Shown: positions 1-12,909, counted from the stretch's first letter. The stretch: 64,000 nucleotides of DNA from Convolutriloba macropyga (GCF_964194025.1 NC_134469.1:77438001-77502000), one strand, 5' to 3'. Notes: generated by a model not told the origin, from the letters alone. Numbers and translations: made by a program.

Positions 1-3000
1 CGGACGTGCTTGCATGCATGCATTCATACATGCATGCATGAGTGCGTGCTTGCATGCGTGCTAGCATGCGTGCGTGCGTGCCGGCGTGCGGGCATCTAAT
101 TAAGTTATCACTTTCATTGTTTAATGTGCACTGATTGCAACAAAGCGTTGAATTGAAGCTCAAGTCTTTGATCCTCTTGATAACAGTATGAACGAGTCTA
201 GTGCAAGTTTTCGGATGCATCTGGGCACTGTACGTCACTTGTATTTAGGCTCAGTCGTTGGAACCTATCTACTTCCTGTGCGTGTTATTTTTTTACAATT
301 TAAGCTCTGGTAGATAGAACTAATTCGAATGATTGACGTAATAAAGATGTTTCTTCCGTGTTACGGACTGATGAAGGTTGAAACCTTGATAAACAGCACT
401 AAGAGACCACAAGGGAGAAAGAAAAGAAAAGGCCTCCAAACTCTAGTCAAAACCGGGGTAGAGAAACCCAGATACAATTTTGGCGCAAAAAGACCATATA
501 AATTATCAAAATTCACATAGTTTTCAGCTTTTTTTTTACTCAGCTTCGGCTCTGTTCCATCGATCCCGCTGACGCTGCTTCTTGGACTTTTCTGGTTTTC
601 GTCTGGAGGAGGAAGAACTATAGCAAGAAAAGTAATCTATTCCATGTCTGATCCCGCATGTGGAACGGACGTGCTTGCATGCTTTTATGCATGCATGCAT
701 GCGTGCGTGCGTGCGTGCGTGCGTGCGTACGTGCGTGCATGTGTGCGTGCGTGCGTGAGGGCATCTAATGAAGTTTTCACTTTCATTGTTTACTGTGCAC
801 TGATTGCAACAAAGCGTTGCATTGCAGCACAAGTGTTTGATCTTCTTGATAGCAGCAGGAAAGAATCGAGTGCAAGTTTCCGGGTGCATCTGGGCATTGT
901 ACGTCACTTGCTTTTAGGCTCGGACGTTAGAACTTGTCTGCTTCCTGTCCGTGTTAGTTTTTCTTACAATTTAAGATCTGGTGGTTTGAACTGATTCAAA
1001 TGATTGGCATAATAAAGATGTTTCTTCCGAGTTACGGGCTGACGGAGGGGAAACTTTGATCAACAGCGCTAAGGGACTGCAAGGAAGAAAAAAGAAGGCC
1101 TCCAAACTCTAGTCAAATCCGGGGTAGAGAGACCCAGATAAAATCTCGGCGCAAAAAGAACAAAACAAAATTATCAAAACCTACTTAGTTTTCAACTTCT
1201 TTCAACTCAGCTTCAGCTTTCTTCCATCGATCTCGCTGACGCTGCTTTTTGGACATTTCTGGTTTTCATCTGGAGGAGGAAGAACTATAATAAGAAAAGT
1301 AATCTATTCCATTTGTTATCCAGCAAATGGAACGGGCATGCATGCGTGCGTATGTGCGTGCGTTCGTGCGTGCGTGCGTGCGTGTATGCGTGCTAGCATG
1401 CGTGCGTGCGTGCCCGCGTGCGGGCATCTAATTAAGTTATCCCTTTCATTGTTTAATGTGCACTGATTGCAACAAAGCGTTGCATTGAAGCTCAAGTCTT
1501 TGATCCTCTTGATAGCTGTATGAACGAGTCTAGTGCAAGTTTGCGGATGCATCTGGGCACTGTACGTCACTTGTGTTGAGGCTCAGTCGTTGGAACCTAT
1601 CAACTTCTTTAGCGTGTTAATTTTTGTTACAATTTAAGCTCTGGTGGATAGAACTAATTCGAATGGTTGCCGTAATAAAGATGTTTCTACCATGTTACGG
1701 ACTGATGGAGGGGGAAACCTTGATCAACAGCACTAAGTGACCACAAGGGAGAAAAGAGAAGGCCTCCAAACTCTAGTCAAAACCAAGGTAGGGAAACCCA
1801 GATACAATTTCGGTGCAAAAAGACCATATAAATTATCAAAACCCACTTAGTTTTCAGCTTTTTTCGACTCATTTTCGGCTCTCTTCCATCGACCCGCTGA
1901 CGCTGCTTCTTGGATTTTTCTGGTTTTCGTCTGGAGCAGGAAGAACTATAACAAGAAAAGCAATCTATTCCATGTGTGATCCAGCATATGAAACGGGCGT
2001 GCTTGCATGCATGCATGCATGCATGCGTGCATGCGTGCGTGTGTGCGTTCGTGCGTGCGTTCGTTCGTGCGTGCGTGCATGCGTGCGTGCGTGCATCGAA
2101 TGAGGTTGTCACTTTGGTAGTTTAATGTGCACTGATTGCAACAAAGCGTTGCATTGAAACTCAAATCTCTGATCCTCTTGATAACGGCAGGAATGAGTCT
2201 AGTGCAAGTTTCCGGGTGCATCTTGGCATTGTACGTCACTTGTTTTGAGACTCAGTCGTTGCAGTCGTTGCGTGCGTGCGTGTTTGCGATAATGCGTGCG
2301 TGCGTGCATGCGTGCGTGCGTGCGTGCCTGCGTTCGTTCGTGCTTGCGTGCGTTCGTTCGTGCGTGCGTGCGAGCGTGCGTGCGTGCGTGCTTGCGTGCG
2401 GGCATCTAATGAAGTTGTCACTTTCATTGTTTTCTGTGTACTGATTGCAACGAAGCGTTGCATAGCAGGCCAAGTCTTTGATCCTCTTGATAGCAGCAGG
2501 AATGAGTCAAGTGCAAGTTTCCGGATGCATCTGGGATCTGTACGTCACTTGTATTTAGGCTCAGTTGTTGGAATCCATCTGCTCCCTGTGCGTGTTAATT
2601 TTTTTTACAATTTAAGCTCTGGTGGATTGAGTTAATTCAAATATTTGGCATAATGAAGATGTTTCTTACGTGTTACGGACTGATGGAGGGGAAAACCTTG
2701 ATCAACAGCACTAAGGGACTGCAAGGGAGAAAAGAGAAGGCCTCAAAACTCTAGTCAAAACCGGGTTAGAGATACCCAGATATATTCTTGTTGCAAAAAG
2801 GCCAAAAAACTACCAAAACCTACTTAGTTTTCAGCTTCTTTTGACTCAGCTTCGGCACCCTTCCATCAATCCCGTTGACGCTGCTTCTTGAACTTTTCTG
2901 GTTTTCGTCTGGAGGAGGAAGAACTAAAATAAGAAAAGTAGTCTATTCATGTGTGATCCCGCATATGGAACGGGAGTGCTTGCATTTATGTATGCATGCT

Positions 3001-6000
3001 TGCATGCGTGCTTGCGTGCGTGCCTACGTGCGTGCGTACGTGGGTGTGTAGGCATGCGTGCGCGCGTGCGTGCCTGCGTGCGGGCGTGCGGGCATCGAAT
3101 GAAGTTGTCATTTTCATTGTTTAATGTGCACTGATTGCAACAAAACGTTGCATTGCAGCCCAAGTGTTTGTTTGATCTTCTTGATAGCAGCAGGAAAGAT
3201 ACTAGTGCAAGTTTCCGGGTGCATCTGGGCACTGTACGTCACTTGTTTTTAAACTCAGTCATTGCAGTTTGGAGTCTATCTGCACCCTTAGCGTGTTAGT
3301 TTTTCTTGCAATTTAGGCTCTTGTGGATTGAACTAATTCGACTGATTGGCATAACAAAGATGTTTCTTCCGAGCTACGGACTGATAAAAAGGGAACTTAT
3401 GATCAACAGCACTAAATGACCACAAGGGAGAAAAGAGAAGGCTTCCAAACTCTAGTCAAAACCGAGGTAGAGAAACCCAGATACAATTTCGGTGAAAAAG
3501 ACCATATAAATTATCAAAACCCACTTATTTTTCAGCTTTTCTCGACTCAGCTTCGGCTCTTTTCCATCGATCCCGCTGAAGCTACCTCTTGGACTTTTCT
3601 GATTTTCGTCTGGAGGAGGAAGAACTATAACAAGAAAAGTAATCTATTCCATGTGTGATCCCGCATATGGAACGGACGTGCTTGCATGCATGCATGCATG
3701 CATGCGTGCGTGCGTGCGTGTGTGCGTTCGTGATTGCGTGCGTGCGTGCATGCCTGCGTGCGTGCATCGAATGAGGTTGTCACTTTGATTGTTTAATGTG
3801 CTCTGATTGCAACAAAGCGTTGCATTGAAGCTCAAGTCTCTGATCCTCTTGATAGCAGCAGGAATGAGTCTAGTGCAAGTTTCCGGGTGCATCTGGGCAT
3901 TGTACGTCACTTGCTTTTAGACTCAGTCATTAGAGTCTATCTGCACCCTTAGCGTGTTAGTTTTTCTTGCAATTTAGGCTCTTGTGGATTGAACTAATTC
4001 GATTGATTGGCATAATAAAGATGTTTCTTCCGAGGTACGGACTGATGGAGGGGAAACTTTGATCAACAGCACTAAGTGACGACAAGGGAGAAAAGAAAAG
4101 GCTTCCAAACTCTAGTCAAAACCGAGGTAGAGAAACCCAGATACAGTTTAGGTGCAAAAAGACTATATAAATTATCAATACCCACTTTGTTTTCAGCTTT
4201 TTTCGACTCAGCTTCGGCTCTCTTCCATCGATCCCGCGGACGCTGCTTCTTGGATTTTTCTGGTTTTTGTCTGGAGGAGGAAGAACTATAGCAAGAAAAG
4301 TAATCTATTCCACGTGTGATCCCGCATATGCAACGGGCGTGCTTGCCTGCATGCATGCTTGCCTGTGTGCGTGCGTGCGTGCGTGTTTGCGATCATGCGT
4401 GCGTGCATGCGTGCGTGCGTGCGTGCCTGCTTTCCTTCATGCTTGCGTGTGTGCGTTCGTGCGTGCTTGCGAGCGTGCGTGCGCGCGTGCGTGCGTGCGT
4501 GCGCGCGGGCATCTAATGAAGTTGTCACTTTCATTGTTTACTGTGTACTGATTGCAACGAAGCGTTGCATTGCAGGCCAAGACTTTGATCCTCTTGATAG
4601 CAGCAGGAATGAGTCAAGTGCAAGTTTCCGGATGCATCGGGGCACTGTTAGTCACTTGTATTTAGGTATTTAGGCTCAGTCGTTGGAACCTATCTGCTTT
4701 CTGTGCGTGTTAGTTTTTTTTTACAATTTAAGCTCTGATGGACTGAACTAATTTGAATATTTGGCATCATGAAGATGTTTCCTCCGTGTTACAGACTGAT
4801 GGAGGGGGAAACCTTGATCAACAGCACTAAGCGACCACAAGGGAGAAAAGAGAAGGCCTCCAAACTCTAGTCAAAACCAAGGTAGGGAAACCCAGATACA
4901 ATTTTGGTGCAAAAAGACCATATAAATTATCAAAACCCACTTAGTTTTCAGCTTTTTTCGACTCAGCTTTGGCTCTCTTCCATCGACCCGCTGACGCTGC
5001 TTCTTGGATTTTTCTGGTTTTCGCCTGGAGGAGGAAGAATTATAACAAGAAAAGTAAATTATTCCATGTGTGATCCCGCATATGGAACGGGCGCGCTTGC
5101 ATGCATGCATGCATGCATGCATGCGTGCGTGCGTGCATGCGTGCGTGCGTGCATCGAATGAGGTTGTCACTTTGATTGTTTAATGTGCACTGATTGCAAC
5201 AAAGCGTTGCTTTGAAGCTCAATTCTCTGATCCTCTTGATAGCAGCAGGAGTGAGTCTAGTGCAAGTTTCCGGGTGCATCTGGGCATTGTACGTCACTTG
5301 CTTTTAGACTCAGGCATTGGAGTCTATCTGCACCCTTATCGTGTTAGTTTTTCTTGCAATTTAGGTTCTTGTGGATTGAACTAATTCGATTGATTGCCAT
5401 AATAAAGATGTTTCTTCCGGGTTACGGGCTGATGGAGGGGAAACTTTGTTCAACAGCACTAAGTGACCACAAGGGAGAAAAGAGAAGGCCTCCAAACTCT
5501 AGTCAAAACCGAGGTAGAGAAACCCAGATACAGTTTAGGTGCAAACGGACCATATAAATTATCAAAACCCACTTAGTTTTCAGCTTTTTTCGACACAGCT
5601 TCGGCTCTCTCCCATCGATCCCGCTGACGCTGCTTCTTGGACTTTTCTGGTTTTCGTCTGGAGGAGGAAGAACTATAGCAAGAAAAGTAATCTATTCTAT
5701 GTGTGATACCGCATATGCAATGGGCGTGCTTGCCTGCATGCATGCTTGCCTGCGTGCGTGCGCGCGTGCGTCTTTGCGATCATGCGTGCGTGCGTGCGTG
5801 CATGCGTGCGTGCATGCGTGCGTGCCTGCGTTCGTTCATGCTTGCGTGTGTGCGTTTGTGCCTGCGTGCGAGCCTGCGTGCGTGCGTGCGTGCATGCGTG
5901 CGTGCGGGCATCTAATGAAGTTGTCACTTTCATTGTTTACTGTGTACTGATTGCAACGAAGCGTTGCATTGCAGCACAAGTGTTTGATCTTCTTGTTAGC

Positions 6001-9000
6001 AGCAGGAATGAGTCAAGAGCAAGTTTCCCGATGCATCTGGGCTCTGTACGTCACTTTTATTTAGGCTCAGTTGTTGGAACCTATCTGCTCCCTGTGCGTC
6101 TTAGTTTTTTTTACAATTTAAGCCCTGATGGACTGAACTAATTCGAATATTTGGCATCATGAAGATGTTTTTTCCGTGTTATGGACTGATGGAGGGGGAA
6201 ACCTTGATCAACAGCACTAAGGGACCGCAAGGGAGAAAACAAGAGGCCTCCAAATTCAAGTCAAAACCAAGGTAGAGAAACCCACATACAATTTAGGTGC
6301 AAAAAGACCATATAAATTATCAAAACCCACTTAGTTTTCAGCTTTTTTCGACTCAGCTTCGGCTCTCTTCCATCGATCCCGCGGACGCTGCTTCTTGGAT
6401 TTTTCTGGTTTTCGTCTGGTGGAGGAAGAATTATAGCAAAAAAAGTAATCTATTCCATGTGTGATCCCGCATATGCAACGGGCGTGCTTGCCTGCATGCA
6501 TGCTTGCCTGCGTGCGTGCGCGCGTGTGTGTTTGCGATCATGCGTGAGTGCGTGCGCGCATGCGTGCGTGCATGCGTGCGTGCCTGCGTTCGTTCATGCT
6601 TGCTTGTGTGCCTTTGTGCGTGCGTGCGAGCCTGCGTGCGTGTGTGCGTGCGTGCGGGCATCTAATGAAGTTGTCACTTTCATTGTTTACTGTGTAATGA
6701 TGGCAACGAAGCGTTGCATTGCAGCACAAGTGTTTGATCTTCTTGATAGCAGCAGGAATGAGTCAAGTGCAAGTTTCCCGATGCATCTGGGCACTGTACG
6801 TCACTTTTATTTAGGCTCAGTTAATGGAACCTATCTGCTCCCTGTGCGTGTTATTTTTTTACAATTTAAGCTCTGATGGACTGAACTAATTCGATTATTC
6901 GGCATCATGAAGATGTTTTTTCCGTGTTACGGACTGATGGAGGGGGAAACCTTGATCAACAGAACTAAGGGACCGCAAGGGAAAAAAGAAGAGGCCTCCA
7001 AACTCTAGTCAAAACCACGTAGAGAAACCCAGATACAATTTAGGTGCAAAAAGACCATATAAATTATCAAAACCCACTTAGTTTTCAGCTTTTTTCGACT
7101 CAGCTTCGGCTCTCTTCCATCGATCCCGCGGACGCTGCTTCTTGGATTTTTCTGGTTTTCGTCTGGAGGAAAGGAACTATAGCAAGAAAAATAATTTATT
7201 CCATGTGTGATCCCGCATATGCAACGGACGTGGTTGCCTGCATGCATGCTTGCCTGCGTGCGTGCGCGCGTGCGTGTTTGCGATCATGCGTGCGTGCGTG
7301 CGTGCATGCGTGCGTGCATGCGTGCGTGTCTGCGTTCGTTCATGCTTGCGTGTTTACGTTCGTGCGTGCCTGCGAGCGTGCGTGCGTGCGTGCGTGCGTG
7401 CGGGCATCTAATGAAGTTGTCACTTTCATTGTTTACTGTGTACTGATTGCAACGAAGCGTTGCATTGCAGCACAAGTGTTTGATCTTCTTGATAGCAGCA
7501 GGAATGAGTCAAGTGCAAGTTTCCGGATGCAACTGTACGTCACTTGTATTTAGGCTCAGTTGTTGGAACCTATCTGCTCCCTGTGCGTCTTAGTTTTTTT
7601 ACAATTTAAGCTCTGATGGACTGAACTAATTCGAAATTTGGCATCATGAAGATGTTTCTTCTGTGTTACGGACTGATGGAGGGGGAAACCTTGATCAACA
7701 GCACTAAGGGATTGCAAGGGAGAAAAGAAGAGGCCTCCAGACTCTAGTCAAAACCAAGGTAGAGAAACCCAGATACAATTTAGGTGCAAAAAGACCATAT
7801 AAATTATCAAAACCCACTTAGTTTTCAGTTTTTTCCGATTCAGCTTCGGCTCTCTTCCATTGATCCCGCTGACGCTGCTTCTTGGATTTTTCTGGTTTTC
7901 GTCTGGTGGAGGAAGAACTATAGCAAGAAAAGTAATCTATTCCATGTGTGATCCCGCATATGCAACGGGCGTGCTTGCCTGCATGCATGCTTGCCTGCGA
8001 TCATGCGTGCGTGCGTGCGTGCATGCGTGCGTGCATGCGTGCGTGCCTGCGTTAGTTCATGCTTGCGTGTGTCCGTTCGTGCGTGCGTGCGCGCATGCGG
8101 GCATCTAATGAAATTGTCACTTTCATTTTTTACTGTGTACTGATTGCAACGAAGCGTTGCATTGCAGCACAAGTGTTTGATCTTCTTGATAGCAGCAGGA
8201 ATTAGTCAAGTGCAAGTTTCCGGATGCAACTGTACGTCACTTGTATTTAGGCTCAGTTGTTGGAACCTATCTGCTCCCTGTGCGTCTTAGTTTTTTTACA
8301 ATTTAAGCTCTGATGGACTGAACTAATTCGAAATTTGGCATCATGAAGACGTTTCTTCCGTGTTACGGACTGATGGAGGGGGAAACCTTGATCAACAGCA
8401 CTAAGGGATTGCAAGGGAGAAAAGAAGAGGCCTCCAGACTCTAGTCAAAACCAAGGTAGAGAAACCCAGATACAATTTAGGTGCAAAAAGACCATATAAA
8501 TTATCAAAACCCACTTAGTTTTCAGTTTTTTCCGACTCAGCTTCGGCTCTCTTCCATTGATCCCGCTGACGCTGCTTCTTGGATTTTTCTGGTTTTCGTC
8601 TGGTGGAGGAAGAACTATAGCAAGAAAAGTAATCTATTCCATGTGTGATCCCGCATATGCAACGGGCGTGCTTGCCTGCATGCATGCTTGCCTGCGAGCG
8701 TGCGCGCGTGCGTGCTTGCGATCATGCGTGCGTGCGTGCGTGCATGCGTGCGTGCATGCGTGCGTGCCTGCGTTAGTTCATGCTTGCGTGTGTCCGTTCG
8801 TGCGTGCGTGCGCGCGTGCGGGCATCTAATGAAATTGTCACTTTCATTTTTTACTGTGTACTGATTGCAACGAAGCGTTGCATTGCAGCACAAGTGTTTG
8901 ATCTTCTTGATAGCAGCAGGAATGAGTCAAGTGCAAGTTTCCGGATGCAACTGTACGTCACTTGTATTTAGGCTCAGTTGTTGGAACCTATCTGCTCCCT

Positions 9001-10975
9001 GTGCGTCTTAGTTTTTTTTACAATTTAAGCTCTGATGGACTGAACTATTTCAAAATTTGGCATCATGAAGATGTTTCTTCCGTGTTACGGACTGATGGAG
9101 GGGGAAACCTTGATCAACAGCACTAAGGGACCGCAATGGAGAAAAAAGGAGGCCTCCAAACTCTAGTTAAAACCGTGTTAGAGATACCCAGATACAATCT
9201 TGTTGCAAAAAGACCATATAAATTATCAAAACCCACTTAGTTTTCAGTTTTTTCCGACTCAGCTTCGGCTCTCTTCCATTGATCCTGCTGACGCTGCTTC
9301 TTGGATTTTTCTGGTTTTCGTCTGGTGGAGGAAGAACTATAGCAAGAAAAGTAATCTATTCCATGTGTGATCCCGCATATGCAACGGGCGTGCTTGCCTG
9401 CATGCATGCTTGCCTGCGAGCGTGCGCGCGTGCGTGCTTGAGATCATGCGTGCGTGCGTGCGTGCATGCGTGCGTGCATGCGTGCGTGCCTGCGTTAGTT
9501 CATGCTTGCGTGTGTCCGTTCGTGCGAGCGTGCGCGAGTGCGGGCATCTAATGAAATTGTCACTTTCATTTTTTACTGTGTACTGATTGCAACGAAGCGT
9601 TGCATTGCAGCACAAGTGTTTGATCTTCTTGATAGCAGCAGGAATGAGTCAAGTGCAAGTTTCCGGATGCAACTGTACGTCACTTGTATTTAGGCTCAGT
9701 TGTTGGAACCTATCTGCTCCCTGTGCGTCTTAGTTTTTTTACAATTTAAGCTCTGATGGACTGAACTAATTCGAAATTTGGCATCATGAAGATGTTTCTT
9801 CCGTGTTACGGACTGATGGAGGGGGAAACCTTGATCAACAGCACTAAGGGATTGCAAGGGAGAAAAGAAGAGGCCTCCAGACTCTAGTCAAAACCAAGGT
9901 AGAGAAACCCAGATACAATTTAGGTGCAAAAAGACCATATAAATTATCAAAACCCACTTAGTTTTCAGTTTTTTTCGACTCAGCTTCGGCTCTCTTCCAT
10001 CGATCCCGCTGACGCTGCTTCTTGGATTTTTCTGGTTTTCGTCTGGTGGAGGAAGAACTATAGCAAAAAAAGTAATCTATTCCATGTGTGATCCCGCATA
10101 TGCAACGGGCGTGCTTGCCTGCATGCATGCTTGCCTGCGAGCGTGCGCGCGTGCGTGTTTGCGATCATGCGTGCGTGCGTGCGTGCATGCGTGAGTGCAT
10201 GCGTGCGTGCCTGCGTTCGTTCATGCTTGCGTGTGTCCGTTCGTGCGTGCGTGCGAGCGTGCGTGCGTGCGTGCGCGCGTGCGGGCATATAATGAAATTG
10301 TCACTTTCATTTTTTACTGTGTACTGATTGCAACGAAGCGTTGCCTTGCAGCACAAGTGTTTGATCTTCTTGATAGCAGCAGGAATGAATCAAGTGCAAA
10401 TTTCCGGATGCCTCTGGGCACTGTACGTCACTTGTATTTAGGCTCAGTTGTTGGAACCTATCTGCTCCCTGTGCGTCTTAGTTTTTTTACAATTTAAGCT
10501 CTGATGGACTGAACTAATCCGAATATTTGGCATCATGAAGATGTTTCTTCCGTGTTACGGACTGATGGAGGGGGAAACCTTGATCAACAGCACTAAGGGA
10601 CCGCAAGGGAGAAAAAAGGAGGCTTCCAAACTCTAGTCAAAACCGTGTTAGAGATACCCAGATACAATCTTGTTGCAAAAAGACCATATAAATTATCAAG
10701 ACCCACTTAATTTTCAGCTTTTTTCGACTCAGCTTTGGCTCTCTTCCATCGATCCCGCTGACGCTGCTTCTTGGATTTTTCTGGTTTTCGTCTGGAGGAG
10801 GAAGAACTAGAGCAAGAAAAGTAATCTATTCCATGTGTGATCCCGCTTATGCAACAGGCGTGCTTGCCTGCATGCATGCTTGCCTGCGTGCGTGCGTGCG
10901 TGTTTGCGATCAAGCGTGCGTGCGTGCGTGCATGCGTGCGTGCGTGCGTGCGTGCGTGCTTGCGTTCGTTCGTGC

Positions 10976-11008
<33 letters not shown>

Positions 11009-12323
11009 GGCGGGCATCTAATGAAGTTGTCACTTTCATCGTTTACTGTGTACTGATTGCAACGAAGAAGTGTTTGATCTTCTTGATAGCAGCAGGAATG
11101 AGTCAAGTGCAAGTTTCCGGATGCATCTGGGCACTTTACGTCACATGTATTTAGGCTCAGTTGTTGGAACCTATCTGCTCCCTGTGCGTGTTAGTTTTTT
11201 TTTACAATTTAAGCTCTGATGGATTGAACTAACTCGATTATTTGGCATCATGAAGATGTTTCTTCGTGTTACGGACTTATGGAGGGGGAAACCTTGATCA
11301 ACAGCACACAGGGACCGCAAGGGAGAAAACAGGAGGCCTCCAAACTCTAACCAAACCCGGGTTAGAGATACCCAGATAAAATCTTGCTGCAAAAAGGCCA
11401 AAAAATTATCAAAACCTACTTTGTTTTCAGCTTCTTTCGACTCAGCTTCGGCACTCTTCCATTGATCCCACCGACAAAGCTTCTTGGACTTTTCTGGTTT
11501 TCGTCTGGAAGAGGAAGAACTATAATAAGAAAAGTAGTCTATTCATGTGTGATCCCGCATATGGAACAGCAGTGCTTGCATGCATGTATGCATGCATGCA
11601 TGCGTGCGTGAGTGCGTGCGTACGCGGGTGCGTACGTGTGTGTGTGTGCGTGCGTGCGTGTGTGCGTGCGTGCGGGCGTGCAGACATCTAATGAAGTTGT
11701 CACTTTCATTGTTTAATGTGCACTGATTGCAACAAAGCGTTGCATTGCAGCCCAAGTGTTTGATCTTCTTGATAGCAGCAGGAATGATTCAAGTGCAAGT
11801 TTCCGGATGCATCTGGGTACTTTACGTCACCTGTATTTAAGCTCTGTCGTTAAAACCTATCTGCTCCCTGTGCGTGTTTTTCTTAGATTTAAAGCTCTGG
11901 TGGATTGAACTAATTCGAATATTTGTCATAACGAAGATGTTTCTTCCGTGTTACGGACTGATGGAGGTGGAAACCTTGATCAACAGCACTAAGAAATCGC
12001 AAGAGAGAAAAGAGAAGGCCTCAAATTTCTAGTCAAAACCGGGGTAGAGATACCCAGATACAATGTTGTTGCAGAAAGGCAAAAAAATTATCGAAACCTA
12101 CTTGGTTTTCAGCTTCTTTCGACTCAGCTTCGGCACTTTTTCATCAATCCCACTGACGCTGCTTCTTGGACTTTTCTGGTTTTCGTCTGGAGGAGGAAGA
12201 AATATAAAAAGAAAAGTAGTCTATTCCATGTGTGATCCCGCATATGGAACGGGAGTGCTTGCATGCTTTTATGCATGCATGCATGCGTGCGTGCGTGCGT
12301 GCGTACGTGCGTGCGTTCGTTCG

Positions 12324-12355
<32 letters not shown>

Positions 12356-12909
12356 TGAGGGCATCTAATGATGTTTTCACTTTCATTGTTTTTTTTGTGC
12401 ACTGATTGCAACAAAGCGTTGCATTGCAGCCCAAGTGTTTGATATTCTTGATAGCAGCAGGAAAGAATCCAGTGCAAGTTTCCGGGTGCTTATGGGCATT
12501 GTACGTCACTTGCTTTTAGGCTCGGTCGTTGGAACTTATCTGCTTCCTGTGGGTGTTAGTTTTTCTTACATTTTAAGCTCTGGTGGAATGACCTAATTCG
12601 AACGGTTGAAATAAAAAAGATGTTTCTTCCGAGTTACTGACTAATGAGGGGGGAAGCCTTGATCAACAGCACTAAGGGACCATAACGGAGAGAAGAGAAG
12701 GCCTCCAAACTCTAGTCAAAACCGAGGTAGAGAAACCCAGATACAATCTCGTTGCAAACAGACAAAAACATTATCGCAACCTACTTTGTTTTCAGCTTCC
12801 TTCGACTCAGCTTCGGCTCTTTTCTTGGATTTTCTGATTTTCATCCGGAGTAGGAATAATTATATTATGAAATGTCATCTATTCCATGTGTGATCCCGCA
12901 TATGGAACG
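1..12909. repeat. Tandem satellite array, ~19 units of 630-760 bp (conserved core plus variable GCGT/GCAT tract); continues past the window start
   Basis: The anchor ATGTGTGATCCCGCATATG (or a variant) recurs at 644, 1311, 1972, 2949, 3651, 4312, 5066, 5699, 6457, 7203, 7944, 8641, 9363, 10084, 10833, 11545, 12228 and 12886. Except for the last, each is followed by a (GCGT/GCAT)n tract and then the same core (GGCATCTAATGAAG...TGTACGTCACTTG...CCTTGATCAACAGCACTAAG...CTCTAGTCAAAACC). Confidence 0.97.

Noticed and set aside
345-390. Hammerhead-ribozyme-like arrangement in each unit (GTTTC-TTCCGT-gtt-ACGGA-CTGATG(A/G)...GAAAC)
   Set aside because: Most units have CTGATGG rather than CTGANGA, stem II is absent, the NUH register does not fit stem I, and stem changes are not compensatory. 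An Infernal search with hammerhead models would settle it.
329-12509. Dozens of ORFs with HARTHART / CVRACVRA / MHACMHAC
   Set aside because: Translations of the stop-free GCGT/GCAT tracts in all frames; starts and frames are not conserved between units.
1-12909. CRISPR-like look (constant repeat plus variable spacer)
   Set aside because: The constant part is several hundred bp, the variable parts are microsatellite variants rather than foreign sequence, there are no cas genes, and the context is eukaryotic.
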